DNA of 64,000 bases from Octopus bimaculoides (lineage: Eukaryota). Shown here piece by piece: positions 40,091-51,900 of the stretch. Position 1 is the first letter of the stretch. Every line of letters starts with the position of its first letter. The notes under the pieces are model-generated. The model saw only the letters and a list, made by a program, of their open reading frames with translations, was not told the DNA's origin and made no database searches. Where the stretch lies: positions 33,043,545 through 33,107,544 of the forward strand of contig NC_069001.1 in NCBI RefSeq assembly GCF_001194135.2, read 5' to 3'. Position numbers and translations under genes: made by a program.

Positions 40091-43000
40091 TGAAGCACTG
40101 TTTGATTTCTTTTTTACATTTTTGTACCCTTTTTATATATAAAATACTACAATTAGCTGTCATTTTTGATGGCACGGGGCCAGCTAGTAATAATAATAAT
40201 AATAGTAGTAGTAGTAGTAATGGTGGTGGTGTGCAAATATATAAATGATACAAGAATGAACAATAAGTAGAGGTGTACATCAGATAAATATACATCTCAC
40301 AAAAGGTAGAATATTCTTTATAATCAATCAATCATTTACTTTTCTTTATCATTTCAGTTATTTTATGAATTCCCAGATGAAATGAAAGGTGAAATATCAA
40401 TGCATCTTCATAAAGAGATTTTGTCTTTGCCATTGTTTAAATGTGCTACTCATGGATGTATGAAGGCAATATCCTTACAAATTCGACGTACTTTCTGTGC
40501 ACCCGGCGAATACTTGATTCATCGAGGTGATGCCATTAGCTATCTTTACTTCATCCTTAGTGGTTCTCTGGAGATTCTCAAAGATGACAAAGTGGTGGCA
40601 CTATTAGGTATGTAATCAATTCTTATAATGTGCAAATTTTGGTTAATTATTGCTTTCTAAGAAAACTTATTTTCTCCATTTGCTGAATGGTGTCCCTCGT
40701 TTAGCTTTTCAGTCTTCAACATCCTCAGTAAATTTCTTTCTTTCTTCTTGATGGTTATATATTACTAGTTGAGTACTGGGGTTGGTGTAATCAACTTACC
40801 CCCTTCCCATAAATTTCTGGTCTTGTACCAAAATTTGAAATCAATATTTACAATTGCATTTTCATAATAAATATATTTAAGAGAATTTTAATTTTATGTT
40901 GTCTCAGTAAATAGCACTTAATTCAGTGCAGCCATCAAATATAAAAAATATCTCAGGTTTCCCAACCATGTCAAACAAATATTTTCTTTTTTTTTTTCTG
41001 CATGACTTTAATGAAATTGCTAATTCCTGCTGCTAGGTAGGACAAACTCTAATGCAGTATTTAGTTATGCCTCTTTAAATATTATTTAGCATTTAGTTAT
41101 ACCAATTCTGATTTTCAATGTCACTAAGATCAATTTTCTTTTTCATTCTTCTAGGGTTGATTAAACAAAGTATCAGTCAAATACTAGAGTTGATTTCATT
41201 AACCATAGTCTTTCCCCAAGTTTGTGGCATTGCGCCATTGTTAGAAATTAATATTCTAACTTTTAATGTTCCCTTGTTTTTTAATCAATTATATTTTTCA
41301 AATCTAGGTAAAGGTGATCTATTTGGTATTGACCTCCAATTTGAAGATCCAGTCGCTAGTTCCAGTTGCAGTGTGAAATCGTTGACGTACTGTGAACTTC
41401 AGTGTATCAACCTAATGGGATTTATCAGTGTCTTGTCATTATATCCTTCTGTAGCAGAAAAAATTGCTAATGCTGTCCAGCAGGAACTTACCTTCAATCT
41501 CAAAGATTGTGAAATTGATTTAGAAGCAGAGAATAATTTTGTAAGTTAAATTTTCTAGCAAGCCTCTGTTTCTTCTGTTATGCTCAATTAAAAAAATTAA
41601 AAAACATGATTAGCATAAAATGATTTTGAGGTTCATTTGGGTCAGTGGTTATGATGATGTAATGCTGGCTTGGCTCTTGTGGTATTCTCTTGTTTTTCAA
41701 TCTGATGAGAAATAGCAACACCCATAGATATTTTTAGTCCTTCTTAAATTGAGAGTAAGAACAAGTGGGTAATAATAATGTTGAGTTTTGAGTTTACAAT
41801 TTAGTGCTTGAGTAGTAAATGGAGTTATTGAGGGATGTATAAGACTTCATTGTTGTATGTTTCTCATTTACGTTGTTAGCTCACATAATAACTGCAGGTG
41901 TGGCTGTGTGGTAAGTAGCTTGCATCTCAACCACATGGTTCTGGGTTCAGTCCCACTGTGCGACACCTTGGGTAAGTGTCTTCTACTATAGCCTCGGGCC
42001 AACCAAATCCTTGTGAGTAGATTTGGTAGACAGAAACTGAAAGAAGCCCATCATATATGAGTGTGTGTGTGTTGTGTTTGTCTCCTGCCACCACTTGACA
42101 ACCAGTGTTGGTGTATTTACATCCCCATAACTTAGTGAATCGGCAAAAGAGACTGATAGAATAAGTACCAGACTTAAAAAAACAAAAACGAATAAGTCCT
42201 AGAGTCAATTCATTCAAGATGGTGCCCCAGCATGGCCACAATCTAATGACTGAAACAAGTAAAAGATAGACTATAAGAGATGAGTCACTATTCATTTAAT
42301 TATAAAAGTATGAACAGGACCTCCACCTTTCTTTTTATTTTACTAGAAAGGCCAACTGAAGAACCTAGAGTTGTGTCTTCTCTACAAATTGTATTTAAAT
42401 TTTCCAACTTTTAATGTAACGTACATGATGCAACAGTTATTTTAATGGATATAGAGTAATATCAACATAAGTGATATGTTTATTCAAATTTTCTGAAACC
42501 ATATCTACACACGTGATGACACCTCCTCATGTACAATACTGTATATTTTAGTGATTCTCTCATCTCTACTTTTGAAAATACAGTGATGACTCCGTTTCAC
42601 TGAGTTTTAATAAGACTGAAAAATATCTAGTGTTATCTTCCAAATGCTGAAATGATTAAAATAACATTAGTTATTGGATAATGTTGTATTCATCACTGAA
42701 TAAGCATTTTAAATTAGAGTTTTGGTAATCACTGTTTTAAATATGATTCTCATGCTGAAGGTGTCTCTGAATAATTAACTTCTCCCAAAAGGGAGAGAGA
42801 TAGATAGACAGACAGATAGATAGATAGATATTTAGAGAGAGAGAGATGAAGGGCCAGAATAGGTGAGAGAGAGGACAGAGCAAGAGGATGATGGGAAAGG
42901 TAGTGGGAATGGGGTGAAGTCAGAAGAGGATTGATTGAGAGAAACAGAAGTGAACAAAAGTAACAAAAATAACAATATCAGTAACAGATGTTCAATGTCT

Positions 43001-45905
43001 TATTAAAATTATCATATAAACATTCAGTAAGATATATTTTAATTATTCCAATAAAGGAAGAAATAGCAATGAATAATTACAATATTAAATGTAAACACAT
43101 TTATATATATATATATACATACATAATTTCACAGGATAATACAAGGCCCTCCATAGTTGATGGTGATGATAGAAATAACTGCAACAATTCGGTAATAGTG
43201 CCACGTTATCTGCTTCCTGGATCAGGGTAAGCATTTTCACATAAGTTATTTTATGTTGTATATTCATGGTTTTTTAATACTTTCTGTTGTATTTTATTTT
43301 TTAGCTAATCTGAAGAAGAGAAAGACCCTTAATTATTTCAGTTCTTATATTGACTCACAGAAATGGCTGGTTGAAACTATTGTCATTTTAGATTGTTGCA
43401 AATTGTTGTTGGAGAGTCAAAATGGGTGAGAAAAAAAATTCAGTGGGATACAGGGTTCATGAAATAAGTACGACTCAAAGAATTGGGGTCCACCTTGTGA
43501 CTATATTAAGAGTAATTATTATTAGGAATGGTGAATGACAGAATGCCTTGTGTCTTTTCATGTTCTGGATTTAAATCTCACCAAGGTCAGTTTTTATTAT
43601 TTTTCTTTTGCAGCGTTGATAAAATAAGAAACAACCCAGTACTCAGGTTAATTATATCAACTGCCTTCTTTTTTTTTAAAAAAAAAGTGGTCTTCTACAT
43701 ATATTAGAAGTCAGAATTGTTGTTTGGTTATCTTTACTTTTCATCTCTTCATTGTCAATAAAGAGTGTATACCTTTATTATACTGGCATCATTTAAAGTA
43801 CGACATAGTTTTCAGATAAAAAGAATTTTCAACATTGTCATCATCACCCTCATTATCATTATTATTATTATTATTGTTAAAGCAGGATTGTTAGCACACT
43901 GGGCAAAATGCTTAGCAGTTCTGAGTTCAAATTCAGCCAAGGTCAACTTTGCCTTTCATCCTTTCGGGGTCAATAAATTAAGTACCAGTTACATGCTGGG
44001 GTTGATCTAATCGACTGGCCTATCCCCCAAAATTTCAGGCCTTGTGCCTTTAATGGAAAGGATTATTATTGTTGTTGTTGTTGTTGTTGATTTGACAGGC
44101 ACCATGGAATGGAGATGAATTCTTGGCGAACACTTCTCTGTATTTCAATTTTGATTTTTCAGCTGATATCATTTCACCTGTATAGTATAATACTCTTAGA
44201 AAGAAAAAAGTAGAAAAAAAAATCATGGTTCCTACTGGTTTCTGGATTTTCGCTGCCACATGGATCTGAAGTTTCTCATCCAAAGAAGAAACATTTGCTG
44301 TTGCTGCTTTCTAATTTTTGATTTAATTCAATTAGGTTTCTTTTCCTCTCCAGGTTGTCCTACAAAAATTTTTGCCTATTTTAAACTCAGTTGTTTAAAA
44401 TAAAAACCTTTCCTGAAAAAAAATTTTCTGAATGACTATATGATGGAAGACCCATTCCAGCCGTTTATTAACACGCAAAAATGTTAAATTCACTTTAAAT
44501 ATATTTTATGAGATTGTCAAAATTTACATCACTAAACTGTAACCTGGTCACTGAAATAGTTTCACTGCAACTGTTTGAAAGTTTGTTAATAACCAGCTCT
44601 GAAAGACCTTAGGTTGTTTTTTTTCCTTTCTCTTCTTTTTTTTTCCTCTTCACATTTTTGTTGAGCTTAGGACTTTTGGGTTTGCTATATTCACACAGAT
44701 TGACTTTCATCTTTTGACATCAGTCATTAGTCATCATTAGTCATTTTCAGCTTTCCTTGCTTTGTTTACAATATCCTATGTATTGTTATCATTCCCCCAG
44801 TTTCTTCCTCTGCTTTCTAACTTACTCCTTATTATTATTATTATTATTATTATTTTTGCCTTCCTCTTTCTGTTGCTACATATAAAATGTAAGGTGTAGC
44901 AGAACTTTCCACTATTGTGGCTTAAATCTTACAAATTAATTAGATTAAAATAGATTAAACATATTTTACAAGTGTTATTACAAAGAACAGAGGAAAAAAA
45001 TGGAAAAAGAGGATTGGCATATGTTAATCTGAAAATAATGCTTTATCAGCATTATTTTCAGATTATAAGCATCTAATAGCACAAGCATGCAATTGTAAAA
45101 GCACATAATTATATAAGGAAAATGGGAAACTGAAAATGATTAACAATGACTGACTGATGACAAATATCATGAAGGCAATCTACAGGAATACAAAAAAACA
45201 AAAAAAACAAATGAAAAGAAAACATCTCTTAGGGATATATAAGAAAAAGAAAGGAACATGAAAGAAAACTGAAGGCCTATAAGAACTGACAGCAAATTTT
45301 GAAACAGTTGCAGTGAAACTGTATCAGTAAAGAAGGTTGCAGTTGAGTAACAAAAATGTTGACACCTCATGAAATGTATTTCAAGTGAATTTAACAATTT
45401 TGTGCATGAATAAATGACTAGAATGACTCTTCTACCATGTAATTATTTCAGTTTCAACACATCATCTTGGATTGTGTCACTTGCTAGACAAGTACAACTT
45501 CAAAATATTTTCAGGATATTTTCAAATTATATATAGCTAATTGAACACTCATTTCAAAGCCAGATATGATTTTTCTTTTTTACTAGTATATATATATATA
45601 TATATATACGCACACACACCATTAAAGTGAAAGTATCTGTCATTACAGTATCGAAATGTGATTGTTTCAGTTAATGGAATAGTTTCATTTTTAAAGTGTA
45701 AGGATTTGACATGAGTGTTTTTGTTTCACTTTTGACATGTAATACTTAGATAGTGGAGGAGATATGATGTTGCTGTGGGCTCAAACTATGCAAGAAGTTA
45801 AACATTTTTTTTGACTAAAACACAACTGGAACCCTAAGTAAGGCATGTGTAAAATTTGAATGAAATTGGTTGTGTAGTTCTCGAGTTTTAGGGAAGCACA
45901 CACAC

Positions 45906-45944
<39 letters not shown>

Positions 45945-48900
45945 CACATTCTCATTTTTATATATATAGATAACATTATTCCATCAGGAAAATTTATTTG
46001 AAATATGTACAGAAGAAAATATTTCGATGAACTTTGGCTGATGAAATAATTTTAGAATTGCATAAAATTATTGAAATGAGTATACAAAAAAGATTTTGAA
46101 ATTTGATCTGTTATTCTCTCAATTTTATTTGGCTCTGTCCCTACAGTTTGGCTTATCCCCAAATATGTGCTACATTATACTTGGTCAAATGTGCAACATC
46201 AGCAAATTGGAGTTTAATATGGAGTCCTAGTGCTACTGGTAATGTGTCATGCGCTTAAAGCACACCACAGACCATTGAAGATATTTGGCATATGATGATA
46301 TCAGGTACAAAATTGGGCTCTCAAACAATCAAGAGATGACTAGGTCAGCATTTTGGTCCTGATTTTATAAAAATCAAGCTAATTAAAAATGTTTTTCTCT
46401 TTATGTCACAGGAGTTATTATAGGTAACATTTCAAGACTTGGTGGTCACCGAAAGCTAGATGAAATGAAACACTGCTTATAGACACAACAAATTGCCTCC
46501 TTGTGCTGGTAGATCAATATCTTATCTGTTGAACATTTTACATGAACGTTGTCTACTTTTGTTGGCTGATGGTTGTATTTTATAAAACAATATTAAAGTC
46601 TACCTTGTTATGATGCTTAGAATAGTCCTTTTTAGTATCACCAGTATGTCATTCCAAAATTTCATTGTAAGAAATGAAAAGCTGTTACTGTAGCTGAACC
46701 ATACAAATCAAGATATAGCAGCAGTCTTTTTCACCAGTTTCATCTGATATTCTTTTTTTTCCTCAATGCAGTGATATTGATAATTTTGGAAGAAACAACT
46801 TAATTCGAAGATGGCTACAGAAAAGGTACAGTTGTATATGTATAAGCAAGTTCTGCCCAGAGTAACAATGTAATGTCTTCCTTGACACATCCAGCCCACC
46901 TCAAATGAAACCCAGCTCCAACAGGTTATGCACTTACATTTAGCTTGATGGTAGTGATTACTCAGTTATAGTTCCTGTAGATCATAATGTAGGGAGCAGA
47001 CTCAATCAGTTTATCTATGTTTCAATGTAATAGATACTTAATGATTCATGTATGATCAGGTACTGTCATGCACAGGAATAGATGTTGAAATTTCCTAGTA
47101 AACTTCACAAAAAGTCCTTCAATTAATAATATCAGAATATATGTATACATATGTGTGTGTGTGTGTTTGTTTAGGTAATTATGTATTGAAATTTATACTA
47201 TGGGTTGATGCAGATGTCTGTGTGAATATTGTCTTTAGTGAATGTGAGGCAAAACTTGCTTTATTCGTCTTTAAATTTATCTTATTTTTATTCAGTTGTA
47301 TTTGGACAAATTTTTGTAATTGTTTTTATTACTATCTTGCTGCTGAAAGTAATCTTCCTTGTTATTTTACAACAAGGATACTTAATTGCTTTTTACAGAC
47401 AAATACACTTTCCAATGTCATCTATGTAACACACAAACTGTTTATTAATATTTCTCATTGACAGAAATAATACATATCTGAAGGAGAAACAATCTTTATT
47501 GTGCACTCAATATATCATATCACATTTTCATTTATCATTACATATCTTATTGCCCAGGTTTATAAGAACTGGTGACCTTCATTAATGAAATTAATCAGTC
47601 TAACTTATGACTGTGATTATTGCTGTGATTATTGCTAAAACTTCTGTAGTTATTAACCTTTTGACTGCGAAATTAAATGTCATGGTCAATCCAGTAATGA
47701 TGTTATATTTACCAAAAAGATGAAATTGGTATTTTCTGCCAGTCACATTGCCTCAATAATTTTCATATATTTCAACAAAAAAAAAAGTGTTCAAACATGA
47801 CATTGAATTGATTAAAATAATTGGTTCATCAACAAAAGATGGATTGGTATATAAAACTGCTTTCTGCAGTTAAGGGTAATGAAACTTTGAATGGATATAT
47901 CTGATTTCTGCTGTAAAAGGGTTAACCATACAGTAAAAGGAACACATCTTTTGCAGGTTTATGAATACTTATTCCAGTGGTTCCCAGACTTTTTTTTTTT
48001 ACTTACTCTGCACTCTAGAGCAAATTTCAATGTTTTGGTGCACTTTATACATAAAACTATAAACTCTATTAAAAGTAGTATTTATATATCTTAACCCATA
48101 TAAATTTATAAATAATTTGAACTTAAAAAAGTCATTAAGTGCTTGTTAATTGAGTAAACAAAGTATAGTTCTCAAGATTTTAGAATATACTTAGAACTTG
48201 AGTTTCTATTTTTTTTTTTTGCATAGTTTTGTATAAATATAATTTTATTGTTTTCATAATGCACCTAGCTACATCCCACAGTACACCAGTGTTCCTTGAA
48301 ACATCATTGAGGAATGGCTAATCTATTCTAACCTCATCCTATAATTACTATGATTTTTACTTTAATATCATTATCTATTGGCTTTAATGTTCAGTATTTT
48401 TTTACCCTATTTATTGTACCTGCTTTCCTTCACATATCTTACTACTGACACACACCGTTCAATAAGATTCTGCTAATATGCCACTGAAACACACCAGGAT
48501 TTTGATATTTATAAACACTGATAATATATATATATATGATTAGTGTAGCAAATAACTGAATGTAACGTTACCCACCCTGATGCTTTCAATGTATTAATTA
48601 TGTCTGGAAGATTTATGTTTTTCATTCTTTCTGTCACCTGAATTATGTTTTCTAATTAGAACCTTACTAGTTTCTATGGAGGTCCCTTTCTAAGTGAATT
48701 ATTTAAAAATATACTTTGCTAGTAATATACTCATCCATCTTAAATCACAATGAATAACATATTTATATCATTTTTTTCCTTCGTCAGTGCTGCATGCAAG
48801 TACATTTATAGAAATGCAGTTACGCCTCCAGTCTAAATAGTCTTTTTTTTTTCCCCCTGGTTCAGTGTAAACTCTTAGTGTCATTTATTTTCATGGGACA

Positions 48901-51900
48901 TGTCATTTGGGAAACCCATTGCTTTCTGATTTCCTGCTGCTGTATTTCTCTGTTTCCTATTTTCTTTCATAGCATCCAAACATGACTTCACTCATACTCT
49001 ACCACTGCCAAGTGCGGAACCAGATCAATGGTTTGCTATAGTCTGACTCTTAAGCTATGTTTCTGTTCTATAACAAAGTGTAAATAGAGTGGACATTAAC
49101 ATACTTGATGTAAAGAGGCAGTGTATTTCAATTAATTCAAATTACACTGCTATTAATGAGAAACTATAGTTATCTTAATGATTGATTCTGGTCAAGAAGG
49201 ACAAGGGAGACAACTCTGGAATTAAAATTAATTAAATGTTGGATGCTGTGGGGAATAAGTGTGATCTTTAGCAGTGCAGTGACAACTCTGGACATATTTC
49301 TGTCTTGTTAGGCCTCATTAGTAAAGCATAGCCCAACAACATTGCCAGATATTAGAATTTTGTATATGAATAGTGAGTGGTGTAATATAACTTGAGAGAG
49401 TACTTCTTGGTTCACTACATCAAATTTGTTAATACCCACTTTATTGTGTTTCAGTTAGCTCTTGACTTGGGGTATTTTACCCCAGCCGTCTGGTTCACCA
49501 ATCCTCAGTCAAATCATCCAACCCATGTTAGCATGGAAAGCGGACGTTAAATGATGATGATGATGATAACTCCATGCCTGGAGTTGTCACTATACTTCCC
49601 AAGATCTAATTAACCCCCTGAGTTCATTATATATTTCATTAGTTTGTATTTTGGGTTTTCTCTTTAACCAAATTAGCCATTAAGATAATGATTACTTCTA
49701 ATCCCTAGGGTGTAATTTGAATTAATTATAATAACTTAGTTCATTGCATCAAACACTTCAACACACACTTTACTATGTTTGGTATTTTTCTTAGGTCATC
49801 CTTATTATATAAATACTGAAAAAAGTGTCTGAAAAGGTATTGTTATACTGAACATGTGTTCAATCTTTGCCACTGTAAATAACTGCATTGGGATTTTTTT
49901 TAAAATACACTACTCTATACAGCCCAATTTATTTGACCAGAGAATATGTATTGCAAACTGCTTCATTTTTTCTTCTTCAAACACTGAAAAAAATTTAATA
50001 CTAACACAGATAAAACATTCTGTTTAGTCTTCAATGTTTGGCTATTTTTATGCTCTTTCCTATTGAGAGAAACTTTTCTTAACAGGAAAGAGAAGAGTTG
50101 GACATAGACTGATTAAAAGAATTGAAAGTAAAGATGTTTCTGTGAGCCACAAACTGGAATTTGTTATTGGAGAAATTGAAAACTTGTAAAAGAATGAGTG
50201 ATTGGATCTGATAACATTAGGTGTTACAGAAGAATTTACTTATGTTTATTTATTTTATTAGCTCAGAGGTTTATATTCTTCAGAAAAAGAGGAAATGATA
50301 TTGTGATGGTCATACCTTTCTCAAGGGCATGGCAATATAAACAAAATGAACTTACTTTAAGTAGGAACTGAAACTAGTTTATTGATTTGGGTTTAGCATA
50401 CCTTGATTGTATGGTCTTTACCTCATAAGAACTAATAAATATTACAAAAAAAGTCAGTGTATCAATTTGTGCTAATATTGAAAAGGGATAGAGGGATGTA
50501 AAACCAGCCATAAAGAATAGCTGTGATCAAGTAACTAACAAGGTAGACTATTTAAGGGTAGCAAATTAGCAACACCTTTAAATTTAAACAATTTTTCAGA
50601 GTTTGCTTTTATAAATTTTTATCAAATCTGAAAAGATCTGTAAGAGAGTAGCTTAATGTTCTACATTTCAACAATACCACAACCAGTCTGTCTTTAGTGG
50701 TCGAGAAATATGATTAGATTTTCATTATAATCAATGTTGTTATTCTTGACTTAAATATTACCAAGTTCCTTAAGTCACCTTTAAATGGCTTATCTTGGCA
50801 GGAACACATTTCCAAAACTTCAAAAACAACAACAAAGAAGAACTTCTATGCCAGTACCAAGAAATAATGCCAGCTTCTCATCTTCCAGTACAATTTCCAG
50901 GTCAGCTTTCTCATGGAATCTTGCTTGCACAATCTGGCAGTCAGTGTGGAGAGAGCTTCCTCACCACTAGAAGAGCACAAAATCAAAGCAGTCTTCGTTA
51001 TTGAAATAGTTCAATGGCTAGAGTTTCTCCTCATTAATTCCAACACCCAGCTGATTATATACATATATATATATACCTAAAAAAAAAAAAAGACCACTTG
51101 CAAGATAATTGATGTATTTAAAACAAATACAGAAAGAAAAAAATACTGCCAAAATCATAATTTCTTTTGCTGTAATTTGATATTTAATTTATGTGATCAT
51201 GTGATGTTTTAATTTTTAAAATTTAAAACAATATTTTGTTCCTATCTGTATTCATTTATTTTTTTTCATCTCTATTTTGTTTTTCACTTCATTTTTTTTT
51301 TTTTAAGTTTCTTTTTTTATGAGAACCTTTTCATTAAGATTTCTCATCGTTTATTACTCATTGATGTATTCAGTGCTACAGAATGATAAAAACCAACTAG
51401 GTAACCTAATTTTCTTTTCAACCTGGAAATGTTTACTTTTATTGTTAATATATAAGGAAAAGGTACAAACTGTACATCCTCCATCTATAAGTCTGTATTA
51501 TAATATCTCTGTAAAACATTCATTGTTATATTGGCAGATATGTTAAATGTCATTGTGCAACTAAATTCTCAGAAACTGAGTCTCTGATCTGGATTTCATA
51601 TAAATTTAGAATTGACTGTTTTTATAAGAGTTTGTCAATTCGTTCAAGTCCAGTGGCTTCTTAAGTTCACAACAAGCTTCATCATCTATGTTTGTCTATA
51701 TAGCCATAATGAGGCATTCTCTGAAATTAAACTCCAACTCAAATGACAATTACTTAGTAAAATATATCAGCATTTTATCTCCAATATCCTTTTATATTTG
51801 TGTCCAGCTCACTAGTTAATCACCCTATGTCAATCTAAGTATCCTATCTATGTTGTCTGGTGAATATTATCCTTGGGAATCTTTGCATGTTCATTTGAAT

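Noticed and set aside
38410-40331. Long ORFs of 134-548 aa containing X runs (also 55605-56098 and 58110-58988)
   Set aside because: N gaps contain no stop codons, so these are artefacts.
41892-41980. tRNA-like A/B box sequences in SINE heads
   Set aside because: No acceptor stem or cloverleaf, and they continue into repeat bodies. These are SINEs, not tRNA genes.
44099-44210. Acceptor after (GTT)n with an open phase-2 frame ([13 protein letters not shown]...)
   Set aside because: It ends in a stop with no compatible donor, and the acceptor context derives from a SINE tail.
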